From: Oscillospiraceae bacterium
Lineage (GTDB): Bacteria > Bacillota > Clostridia > Oscillospirales > WRJC01
Direction of reading: 5' to 3'
Length of the DNA: 64,000 nucleotides
NCBI GenBank assembly: GCA_009783265.1
Contig: WRHM01000009.1
Location: 29,339 to 93,338, forward strand
Position numbers and translations under genes: made by a program
The notes under the pieces: model-generated
Databases searched by the model: none
What the model was told of the DNA's origin: nothing
What the model saw: only the letters and a program-made list of their open reading frames with translations
Shown here: positions 54,560 to 62,888 of the stretch, one piece after another
Numbering within the stretch: the stretch's first letter is position 1
Layout: each line of letters opens with the position of its first letter

Positions 54560-55048
54560 ATGAATAGCATATTTTCTGTTGTATTTATAATTATTTTATT
54601 TGTGGCGGCGTTTTCGCCGTTGATTTTAGCCGGGAAAAATATTATCAAAAAAAAATCGTCTAAAAAAACCGCGCTTATTATAAACATAGTTTCGGTTTTT
54701 TCGCTGTGCGTTTTGATTTTCGCAGCATCGGCGTTAAACGTCGTTTTTGCCGCCGATGAACCCGGCGAAAACACAGTCCAAGAAGATTCTGCTGAAGCTG
54801 TCGGATCTGTTGAAACCGGAGCGGGGGTAAGCATGGGAGCAGGGATAGGAATGCTGGCGGCTGCGCTTGCGACCGGATTAAGCGGTTTAGGCGGGGGCAT
54901 TGCGGTCGCGTCGTCGGCTTCGGCGGCAGTAGGCGCAATATCTGAAAACCCGAAAGTTTTCGGTCAGGCATTGATATTTGTCGCGCTTGCCGAGGGAGTC
55001 GCGCTTTACGGGCTTATTATATCGTTGCAGATTTTAGCGAAATTATAA
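54560..55048 (+). CDS. ntpK: V-type ATPase proteolipid subunit K (c-type) with non-homologous N-terminal extension
   Basis: C-terminal hairpin GIGMLAAALATGLSGLGGG...ENPKVFG...FVALAEGVALYGLI (ion-binding Glu). The N-terminal 80 aa are two hydrophobic segments plus an acidic linker. Confidence 0.8.
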   Translation: MNSIFSVVFIIILFVAAFSPLILAGKNIIKKKSSKKTALIINIVSVFSLCVLIFAASALNVVFAADEPGENTVQEDSAEAVGSVETGAGVSMGAGIGMLAAALATGLSGLGGGIAVASSASAAVGAISENPKVFGQALIFVALAEGVALYGLIISLQILAKL

Positions 55049-55090
55049 GGTGTGCCAAGCTTTTTTATGAAAGAGAGGGTTCTCGATAAA

Positions 55091-55405
55091 ATGAAAATGT
55101 TCTTGCTGAGCGACAACAGCGACACATGGGAGGGCATGAGGCTTGCCGGAGTTGACGGGGTTATACTTCATTCCCATCAGAAAGAAGAAATCGAAGCGAA
55201 AATAAAAGAACTTATAAAATCCGATGATACAGGTATTATTTTAATAACTGAGAAACTGAGAATTTTATGTCAGGATTATATAGATAATATAATGCTCAAG
55301 TATAAAAAGCCCCTGTTTCTGGAAATACCGGACAGGCACGGTTTCGGACGCTCAAAAACGTCGATTACGGATTATATAAAAAAATCTATAGGTTTGAAAT
55401 TGTAA
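55091..55405 (+). CDS. ntpF: V-type ATPase subunit F
   Basis: About 104 aa, with the MKMFLLSDNSDT...GIILITE pattern and operon position. Confidence 0.75.
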   Translation: MKMFLLSDNSDTWEGMRLAGVDGVILHSHQKEEIEAKIKELIKSDDTGIILITEKLRILCQDYIDNIMLKYKKPLFLEIPDRHGFGRSKTSITDYIKKSIGLKL

Positions 55406-55432
55406 AATAACAGAAACGGCGGTGATATTTAA

Positions 55433-56056
55433 ATGCCTTTGAGCGCTGAAGAAAAACTTGATAACTTCGCGAAAGAAGCCATAACCGACGCAAAGCATAT
55501 AAGCCAAGAAATAGACCGGCAGACAAAATTTGAATTTCAGGAAAAAACTAAAGACGGCAGGAAAAAAATCTTTGCCCAGACACAGGACTATATTCAAAAA
55601 GAGACAGAAAAGATAAAAAAAGAAAAAAGTATGGAGACATCGCAGGCTAATATAAAAACAAGACAGGATTATTTTAAATACGCAGACTCTATATCGTCCC
55701 GCGTGTTTGAATCTGTGAACACAAAACTCAAAAATTTCACAGAATCAAATGATTACGAAGATTATCTTTTTCAGTCCTGCAAAAATGTCATAGAAAAAAA
55801 CGGGGTGACCTTAGGCATATTTTATATGCCCGGAGACGAAGAGATTATGACTGTGAAAATCAAAAATAAACTTGACGGATTATTTGATATTTCGCAGGTT
55901 GAATTTATAAAAGACGAAACTATAAAAACCGGCGGGCTGCGCTTTTTTGACCATGTAAAAAATATATTGATAAACGATGTATTCGACGAAAAGACAGAGC
56001 GTGCAAAAGAATTATTGAATTCTATAATCGGCCCGCACTTTACGGCTGTGAGATAG
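55433..56056 (+). CDS. ntpE: V-type ATPase subunit E
   Basis: 207 aa with an N-terminal long charged helix and a C-terminal globular domain. Operon position supports it. Confidence 0.75.
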   Translation: MPLSAEEKLDNFAKEAITDAKHISQEIDRQTKFEFQEKTKDGRKKIFAQTQDYIQKETEKIKKEKSMETSQANIKTRQDYFKYADSISSRVFESVNTKLKNFTESNDYEDYLFQSCKNVIEKNGVTLGIFYMPGDEEIMTVKIKNKLDGLFDISQVEFIKDETIKTGGLRFFDHVKNILINDVFDEKTERAKELLNSIIGPHFTAVR

Positions 56057-56078
56057 AAAATAAATAATAGAAATTAAT

Positions 56079-56105
56079 ATAGGGGTGACCCTTGCGGTCG
56101 CCTTA
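56079..56105 (+). repeat. TAGGGGCG-family palindromic element (ataggggtgacccttgcggtcgcctta)
   Basis: ggtgacc-cttgc-ggtcgcc hairpin. Inverted partner lies at 56156-56182. Confidence 0.65.
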
Positions 56106-56131
56106 TTAACAAACATAAGAGGTGCAATAAC

Positions 56132-57934
56132 TTGAACAATGAAAGTGAAAGCAACGGCGGGCGGCCGCAAGGGTCTCCCCTGCGAATATATGGGATAAAC
56201 GGCCCTGTCGTGACTATATCCGGGCATACGGATCTGAGTATGCAGGAAATGGTGTTTGTCGGGGGGAAAAAACTGATAGGGGAAGTTATAAATATATCAG
56301 ACGATAAAACTACTATACAGGTTTACGAAAATACGACGGGGCTTTATTCGGGCGAGCCTGTGGAATCGACAGGTTATCCGATACGCGCTACTCTGGGCCC
56401 CGGTATGCTGTCGAATATTTATGACGGAATCCAAAGGCCTTTAAAAGCTATAGAAAATATATCGGGATATTATATTAAAACAGGGATAGATGTCTCCAGC
56501 ATAGATTATGAAAAAAAATGGGATATAAAAATTTTAGCAAACGAGGGGCAAAAAGTAAATCCCGGAGATATATACGCCGAATGCGACGAAACGTCTGTGA
56601 TAAAACATAAATTTATGATACCCGGCAATATTTCCGGTATTATAGAATCGGTTGTTTTAAACGGCAAATATTGCGTAAACGACGAGATTTTAAAAATAAA
56701 AACAGAATCCGGCGAAATTGCGAGTATTAATTTAACCGAAAAATGGGCGATAAGAAAGCCCCGGCCGGTTAAAGAACGTCTGGAGCCTAAAACTCCGTTG
56801 ATTACCGGGCAAAGGGTAATAGATACTCTTTTCCCGATAGCTAAAGGCGGAGCCGCCGCAATCCCCGGCGGATTCGGCACGGGCAAAACTATGCTCCAGC
56901 ATCAACTGGCGAAATGGAGCGACGCGGATATAATAGTATATGTCGGCTGCGGTGAGCGGGGCAACGAGATGACGCAGGTATTAGAAGAATTTTCTGAGCT
57001 TGTTGACCCGAAAACCGGCAAAAGTATGCTTGAGCGGACTGTTTTGATTGCAAACACTTCAAATATGCCTGTCGCGGCACGCGAGGCATCGATTTATACG
57101 GGGATAACGATAGCCGAATATTACAGGGATATGGGTTATCATGTTGCGATAATGGCGGATTCTACGTCAAGATGGGCTGAGGCGTTGAGGGAAATATCGG
57201 GACGGCTTGAAGAAATGCCCGCCGAAGAAGGATTCCCGGCTTATCTGCCGTCGAGATTATCGGCGTTTTATGAGAGAAGCGGGATAGTCGAAAATCTGAA
57301 CGGCAGTATCGGTTCTCTGACAATAATCGGGGCTGTGTCCCCTCAGGGCAACGATTTTTCGGAGCCTGTCACCCAGAATACAAAAAGATTTATCAGATGT
57401 TTTTGGGCATTAGAAAAATCTTTGGCTTATTCGCGGCATTACCCCGCGATAAACTGGACTACAAGTTACAGCGAATATCTTGTTGAATTAGACGGCTGGT
57501 TCACTGAAAACGTAAATCCTGAGTTTAACAAATGCCGCGCGATAATAAAAAATATACTGAACGATGAAAATCAATTAATGGAAATCGTAAAATTAATCGG
57601 CAGCGATTTGCTTGCCGACGACCAGAAATTGATTTTGGAGACTGCGCGGGTTATAAGATCGGGATTTTTACAGCAGAACGCCACGCATCAGAACGATTCA
57701 TATTCACCTATCGAAAAACAGTATCTCATACTTGAAGTTATAATAAAATTATACGACAGGGCAAAAGAATTAATATCGCGCTCAGTTCCTGTTTCGCAAT
57801 TAAAAGAGAGCGGTGTGTTTGACATGATAATACGCGCGAAGTACGAGATACCCAACGATAAATTGGAGATGTTCGGCGAATTGTTGGATAGTATAGAGAA
57901 GAAGATAAAAGAAATCGAGGATAGATATAATTGA
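56132..57934 (+). CDS. ntpA: V-type ATPase catalytic subunit A
   Basis: Walker [16 protein letters not shown] and [16 protein letters not shown] start with an AGAGGTG RBS. Codons 9-17 are encoded by a palindromic repeat copy. Confidence 0.9.
   Translation: MNNESESNGGRPQGSPLRIYGINGPVVTISGHTDLSMQEMVFVGGKKLIGEVINISDDKTTIQVYENTTGLYSGEPVESTGYPIRATLGPGMLSNIYDGIQRPLKAIENISGYYIKTGIDVSSIDYEKKWDIKILANEGQKVNPGDIYAECDETSVIKHKFMIPGNISGIIESVVLNGKYCVNDEILKIKTESGEIASINLTEKWAIRKPRPVKERLEPKTPLITGQRVIDTLFPIAKGGAAAIPGGFGTGKTMLQHQLAKWSDADIIVYVGCGERGNEMTQVLEEFSELVDPKTGKSMLERTVLIANTSNMPVAAREASIYTGITIAEYYRDMGYHVAIMADSTSRWAEALREISGRLEEMPAEEGFPAYLPSRLSAFYERSGIVENLNGSIGSLTIIGAVSPQGNDFSEPVTQNTKRFIRCFWALEKSLAYSRHYPAINWTTSYSEYLVELDGWFTENVNPEFNKCRAIIKNILNDENQLMEIVKLIGSDLLADDQKLILETARVIRSGFLQQNATHQNDSYSPIEKQYLILEVIIKLYDRAKELISRSVPVSQLKESGVFDMIIRAKYEIPNDKLEMFGELLDSIEKKIKEIEDRYN
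56156..56182 (-). repeat. TAGGGGCG-family palindromic element inside the 5' end of ntpA (21/23 identical to 1908-1930)
   Basis: gggcggccgcaagggtctcccct vs gggcggccgcaaaggtcgcccct. Its reverse complement is 19/21 complementary-compatible with 56082-56102. Confidence 0.7.
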
Positions 57935-59337
57935 TTATGAACAACATAGAATATATAGGATTATCACAGATAAACGGGCCGCTGATTGTTATCGACGGGA
58001 TAGAAAACGACTGTTATGAAGAACTCGTGGAAATCATAAGCAAAGACGAAAAACGTCTGGGAAGAATAATACAAATAGAGGGAAACAGAGCCGTTATTCA
58101 GGTTTTTGAAGGGACGAACGGCCTCTCCCTCAACAATACAAGAACGAGATTGCTCGGCGAGCCTATGAAATTTGCGGTAAGCAGGGATATATTGGGCAGG
58201 ATTTTCGACGGGGTCGGGCGGCCTATCGACGGCTACGGGGAAATATTCGCCGAAGCTAAGCTCGATATAAACGGCAGCTCGATAAATCCTGTGTCAAGAG
58301 ATTACCCGAGAGATTATATAAGAACGGGAATATCTTCGATTGACGGCTTGGCGACATTGATAAAAGGGCAGAAACTGCCGATATTTTCAGGGTCGGGCAT
58401 GAGCCATAACGAGCTTGCGGCTCAGATAGTAAGCCAAGCTAATGTCGAAGGCTCGGACTACGCGATAATTTTCGCCGCTATGGGCGTAAAAAACGACGTG
58501 GCGCAGTATTTCAGGCGTTCTTTTGAAGAAACGGGGGTTTTATCAAGAGTCGTGATGTTTATGAATCTTGCCAACGACCCTATAATCGAGAGAATCACAG
58601 CCCCCCGCTGCGCGCTGACTGCCGCTGAATTTCTCGCCGCGCAATACGGCATGGACGTTCTTGTGATTATGACCGACATGACTTCTTACGCCGAGGCACT
58701 GCGCGAATTTTCATCGGCGAAAGGCGAAATCCCGGGAAGAAAAGGCTATCCGGGATATTTGTATTCGGATCTGGCTTCGCTTTATGAAAGAGCGGGGAAA
58801 ATAAAAAATATAAATGGCTCTGTCACGCAAATCCCAATTTTAACTATGCCAAACGACGATATTACGCACCCTGTACCGGACTTGACGGGATATATAACCG
58901 AGGGTCAGATAGTTTTGTCGCGTTCGCTTGAACAAAAAGGGATTTATCCGTCGGTTTCGGTATTATTATCTTTGTCAAGGCTGATGAAAGACGGCATAGG
59001 GACAAAATATACGCGGGAGGACCATTCGGCAGTCTCAAACCAGCTATATTCTTCTTATGCCAAAGTCGAGGACGCGCGCTCTTTAGCATCAGTTATCGGC
59101 GAAGAAGATTTGTCCCCGATTGATAAATTATATATAGAATTCGGGCGCAAATTCGACAGTATATTTTTAAACCAGTCCAAATCCGACAACAGGACGATTG
59201 ATACTACGCTTGATTTAGGCTGGCAGCTTTTATCGCTTTTGCCAAAAGAAGAATTAGACAGGTTAGACCCGAAGCTTTTGGAGCAAAAATACGGCAAAGT
59301 CAATGTTATCGAGGATAATACGGATAGTATGAATTGA
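57931..59337 (+). CDS. ntpB: V-type ATPase subunit B
   Basis: [19 protein letters not shown] and the degenerate P-loop typical of B subunits. Confidence 0.9.
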   Translation: MIMNNIEYIGLSQINGPLIVIDGIENDCYEELVEIISKDEKRLGRIIQIEGNRAVIQVFEGTNGLSLNNTRTRLLGEPMKFAVSRDILGRIFDGVGRPIDGYGEIFAEAKLDINGSSINPVSRDYPRDYIRTGISSIDGLATLIKGQKLPIFSGSGMSHNELAAQIVSQANVEGSDYAIIFAAMGVKNDVAQYFRRSFEETGVLSRVVMFMNLANDPIIERITAPRCALTAAEFLAAQYGMDVLVIMTDMTSYAEALREFSSAKGEIPGRKGYPGYLYSDLASLYERAGKIKNINGSVTQIPILTMPNDDITHPVPDLTGYITEGQIVLSRSLEQKGIYPSVSVLLSLSRLMKDGIGTKYTREDHSAVSNQLYSSYAKVEDARSLASVIGEEDLSPIDKLYIEFGRKFDSIFLNQSKSDNRTIDTTLDLGWQLLSLLPKEELDRLDPKLLEQKYGKVNVIEDNTDSMN

Positions 59338-59352
59338 TGTAAAGATTAAACT

Positions 59353-59375
59353 TAGGAAATTTATATTTTCTTCGT
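59353..59375 (+). repeat. Cassette 5' motif TAGGAAATTTATAT fused to left copy of 11-bp direct repeat ATTTTCTTCGT
   Basis: 14-mer identical to 11154 and 30046 (rc). ATTTTCTTCGT (59365-59375) recurs at 60738-60748. Confidence 0.85.
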
Positions 59376-59391
59376 AAAAAAAGGAGAACAA

Positions 59392-60714
59392 ATGAAGTAC
59401 AATCTTGAAATTAAAATAGTGCCGAAAGAACATTATATAAAAGTTAGCGGAAATATAAAAAATATAGAAAACGATATAAATTTATTTTATCTCAACGAAA
59501 ATTTTACGCTTAATAAATTAACAAACGGGCAAAACGATATTAAATATATACATGATAAAAATAAACCTCACCCTTTATATGACTTGACCTCGCGCCCTGT
59601 AATTTTGCAAACTGCTGTAAAAGAATTAGAGTTTGAATATGACGGGTATATTCCTGAAATAACAAACGATATAAACCAAATTGACGAAGATATTGTAGAG
59701 CTTTCAGGTTATTCAGGCTGGTATCCGAAAGATATTATATATACAGAAAATACCGAAACGCTTGAACCTCACATTAAAAACGGAGATTTTGCGTTTGAAT
59801 TGAATATCGAATTGCCAAACGAGTATATTTTTGCGGCTAACGCGGAAATAAAAAATATTGAAAAATCATCAAATATTACAATATATAATATTTCTTCATA
59901 CGGTGACGATTTTGATATTGCTCTTTTTGCCTCGAATAAAGTAGTAAAGATTGAAAAAAGCTTAAACGGAATTTATTTTTCTTCGATATGCCCATTTATT
60001 ATGGAAAAGAAAAACACGCTTAAATTAGATAATTTAATTGAGGGGCAAAAAATAATAACAGAGTTATTAGGCGAGCCAATCAAAAAGCAACCAACTTGTT
60101 TTATTAATCGTCCACGCGGCGGCTGGGGGTATGCACGAACTGCATTTGTTTCAATGCCCGGAATAACAGACGAGAATGACGAAAACTTAAAAGATTTGTC
60201 AGAAAAATCCATGATACTTAGTATCGGCGGAGATTTACACGAACTTTCTCATTTTTGGTGGGGCATTGCTTCGGGAATTGAGCCGGAAGATTGGATAAAC
60301 GAAAGCGGTGCGGAATTTACAATGCTTGCTGTTTTGAAAGATATGATTAAACTGGATGATTATAAAACTTTAATAGAAAAAAACGGATATATTAAACATA
60401 TAAATGAACTTGAATCAGAAGCTGCCATTTGCGAAACTAAAACAGACGAATGGGACGCAAGATATGTAAACAGATATGAAAAAACCGCAATTATGTATAT
60501 TGGCGCGGAAATTCGTTTCGGCAGAAAAAATCTTTTTGAATTTTTAAAAGAATTTTACAATCAGAATAAAACAGAATGTAATGCGACTACTGATAAATTT
60601 TTAGATATATGCGAAAAAGTTTTAGGAAAAGACTCAAGAGAATATTTTAATTGGCTATTATATGCAAAAGGCTGGAAAAATATTGATATAGAAAAAGATA
60701 TATTAAAATATTAG
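59392..60714 (+). CDS. M1-like gluzincin metallopeptidase (cassette gene P) inserted between ntpB and ntpD
   Basis: HELSHFWWG...WINESGAEF (HExxH plus a downstream WxNE Glu ligand). Own RBS AAAGGAG. Confidence 0.65.
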   Translation: MKYNLEIKIVPKEHYIKVSGNIKNIENDINLFYLNENFTLNKLTNGQNDIKYIHDKNKPHPLYDLTSRPVILQTAVKELEFEYDGYIPEITNDINQIDEDIVELSGYSGWYPKDIIYTENTETLEPHIKNGDFAFELNIELPNEYIFAANAEIKNIEKSSNITIYNISSYGDDFDIALFASNKVVKIEKSLNGIYFSSICPFIMEKKNTLKLDNLIEGQKIITELLGEPIKKQPTCFINRPRGGWGYARTAFVSMPGITDENDENLKDLSEKSMILSIGGDLHELSHFWWGIASGIEPEDWINESGAEFTMLAVLKDMIKLDDYKTLIEKNGYIKHINELESEAAICETKTDEWDARYVNRYEKTAIMYIGAEIRFGRKNLFEFLKEFYNQNKTECNATTDKFLDICEKVLGKDSREYFNWLLYAKGWKNIDIEKDILKY

Positions 60715-60731
60715 ATTTATTTATGTTCAAA

Positions 60732-60748
60732 ATAAGCATTTTCTTCGT
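60732..60748 (+). repeat. Cassette 3' motif ATAAGCATTTTCTTC (copy 4) + right copy of direct repeat
   Basis: Exact 15-mer, 17 nt after the peptidase stop codon, flanked by GTTCAA on both sides. Confidence 0.85.
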
Positions 60749-60781
60749 TCAACCAAAATTTATTACAGGTATTATAAATTT

Positions 60782-61393
60782 ATGGAAACAAATATATTCC
60801 CGACAAAAAGCAATTTATTGCAAACCAAACGCTCACTTGATCTTGCGAGAGTGGGCTTTGAACTTCTGGATAAAAAAAGAGTTATCATGCTGCGCGAAAT
60901 GATGTCGCTCATGCACGATATAGAAGGCGTTCAGGAACAAATCGATATAACTTTTGCCGATGCTTACGCGTCTTTGCAGAAAGCGAATTTTACTGTCGGG
61001 CAGAGCGAAATTTTGAATATCACTAATTATAATATTTTCCCCGACGATATAAATATCCAGTTTAAGTCAGTTATGGGAGTTGAGATACCTGTTGTATATT
61101 ATGACGAGAAGCCCCCAAAATTAAATTACGGGTTCGCGTTCACTAATTCTGATCTTGACGACGCGTATATAAAATTTCTTAAAGTAAAACATCTGACAGC
61201 AATGCTCGCCGCAATCGAAAACAGCGTTTACAGGCTTGCGTTCGCGATAAAACAGGCGCAGAAAAGGGCGAACGCTTTAAGAAATATAGTTATCCCAAGA
61301 CTTGAGCAGACAGTATATTTTATTACCGGCTATCTGGAAGAAAAAGAGCGTGAATCGTTTACGGTGCTTAAAGTTATAAAACATAAAAAATAA
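60782..61393 (+). CDS. ntpD: V-type ATPase subunit D (central stalk)
   Basis: N-terminal PTKSNLLQTKRSLDLARVGFELLDKKR and C-terminal coiled coil typical of subunit D. Confidence 0.85.
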   Translation: METNIFPTKSNLLQTKRSLDLARVGFELLDKKRVIMLREMMSLMHDIEGVQEQIDITFADAYASLQKANFTVGQSEILNITNYNIFPDDINIQFKSVMGVEIPVVYYDEKPPKLNYGFAFTNSDLDDAYIKFLKVKHLTAMLAAIENSVYRLAFAIKQAQKRANALRNIVIPRLEQTVYFITGYLEEKERESFTVLKVIKHKK

Positions 61394-61423
61394 AAATTTA
61401 ATATTAAATGTAAAATTATATAC

Positions 61424-61452
61424 TACAGGGGCGATTAATAATCGCCCCTACG
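61424..61452. repeat. TAGGGGCG-family palindrome (ctacaggggcgattaataatcgcccctacg); probable terminator of the ntp operon
   Basis: aggggcgatta-a-taatcgcccct perfect arms. Same arm sequence as 4272-4382. Confidence 0.7.
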
Positions 61453-61485
61453 TAATTAAATTTTTTATATTATGCGAAAAAATTG

Positions 61486-61514
61486 TTGAAATTTTCATAA
61501 ATTAAGGGTATAAT
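61486..61514 (+). promoter_or_regulatory. Sigma-A promoter (TTGAAA-17-TATAAT) for glyA
   Basis: Near-consensus hexamers with a 17-nt spacer. Confidence 0.6.
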
Positions 61515-61552
61515 ATTTTATATTATTTGTTTAATTAAAGGAGAATATAACT

Positions 61553-62806
61553 ATGAATTTTGTAGAAGATAATCTTGACTTTTTAAAATCATACGACCCG
61601 GAGCTTGCAGGCACTGTCGAAAAAGAAATCAAACGCCAGAAACGCAATATCGAGCTTATAGCGTCTGAAAATTTTGTCTCGCCCGCAGTTTTAGCCGCCG
61701 CCGCGACTGTCCTGACGAATAAATATGCCGAGGGTTATCCCGGCAAAAGATATTACGGCGGATGCGAATGCGTGGACGAAGCCGAAACTCTGGCGATAAA
61801 CAGGGCAAATAAATTATTCGGATCTAATTTTGCCAATGTTCAGCCCCACAGCGGAGCTCAGGCCAATACAGCCGTTTATTTCGCGCTTTTGCAGCCGGGA
61901 GATACTGTTTTGGGCATGAGCCTTGCCAACGGCGGGCATCTGACGCACGGCAGCCCGGTAAATATATCGGGTATGTATTATAATTTTATCTCTTACGGAG
62001 TCGAGGACGACACGCATGTTATAAATTATGAAAAAGTCGAGGAGCTGGCAATGCAGCATAAGCCGAAATTAATAGTCGCGGGGGCGTCGGCTTATCCGAG
62101 GGCGATTGATTTTGAAAAATTCGGGCGGATAGCAAAAAAATGCGGCGCGTATTTGATGGTCGATATGGCGCATATCGCCGGGCTTATCGCGGCGGGACTT
62201 CACCAGAACCCTGTTTTATATGCCGACGTTGTAACTACTACTACGCATAAAACTTTAAGGGGTCCCAGAGGCGGCATGATTCTCATGAACGACGAAGAGA
62301 TCGCGAAAAAGATAAACAAAGCCGTATTCCCCGGAATACAGGGCGGCCCGCTGATGCATATAATCACGGCAAAAGCAGTATGTTTCGGCGAAGCGTTAAA
62401 ACCTGAGTTTAAAGTTTATCAGAGGCAGATAATAAAAAACGCAAAGGCTTTAGCCGAAAGCCTGACAGCCGAAGGCTTTAAATTAATATCCGGCGGGACG
62501 GACACGCATTTAATGCTTGTGGACTTGAGGGATTTTAATATTACGGGCAAAGAAATGGAAAAGAAACTTGACGAAGTATATATAACCGTAAATAAAAACG
62601 CGATACCGAACGACCCTCAGAAGCCCGCTTTCACAAGCGGTATAAGAGTGGGAACTCCGGCGGCGACGTCAAGAGGTTTTGTTGAAGAAGACATGCCGGT
62701 CATCGCGAATTTATTTAGGCTTACGGCAACGGAATTTGACGCAAAAGCCGATTATATCAGGGACGAAGTGGGCAAATTATGCGAAAAATATCCATTATAT
62801 GAATAA
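61553..62806 (+). CDS. glyA: Serine hydroxymethyltransferase
   Basis: [10 protein letters not shown], the PLP-Lys motif [14 protein letters not shown], and [10 protein letters not shown]. Confidence 0.95.
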   Translation: MNFVEDNLDFLKSYDPELAGTVEKEIKRQKRNIELIASENFVSPAVLAAAATVLTNKYAEGYPGKRYYGGCECVDEAETLAINRANKLFGSNFANVQPHSGAQANTAVYFALLQPGDTVLGMSLANGGHLTHGSPVNISGMYYNFISYGVEDDTHVINYEKVEELAMQHKPKLIVAGASAYPRAIDFEKFGRIAKKCGAYLMVDMAHIAGLIAAGLHQNPVLYADVVTTTTHKTLRGPRGGMILMNDEEIAKKINKAVFPGIQGGPLMHIITAKAVCFGEALKPEFKVYQRQIIKNAKALAESLTAEGFKLISGGTDTHLMLVDLRDFNITGKEMEKKLDEVYITVNKNAIPNDPQKPAFTSGIRVGTPAATSRGFVEEDMPVIANLFRLTATEFDAKADYIRDEVGKLCEKYPLYE

Positions 62807-62831
62807 GTAATTTAACGCTTGAATTTATTTA

Positions 62832-62858
62832 TGTAGGGGCGGATTTTGCGGTCGCCCG
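62832..62858 (+). repeat. TAGGGGCG-family element (tgtaggggcggattttgcggtcgcccg)
   Basis: Shares TAGGGGCG...TTGCGGTCGCC with 56079-56105 and with the reverse complement of 1908-1933. Confidence 0.6.
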
Positions 62859-62888
62859 ATATTTAATTAAATTGCGGGAGGATATTAA

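Noticed and set aside
60715-60781. The cassette 3' regions could be integron attC sites.
   Set aside because: GTTCAAC at 60747 fits RYYYAAC, but no matching GTTRRRY core or attC-type imperfect palindrome is present at any of the four sites. No intI gene is in the window. The cassette idea is kept, but the integron assignment is not.
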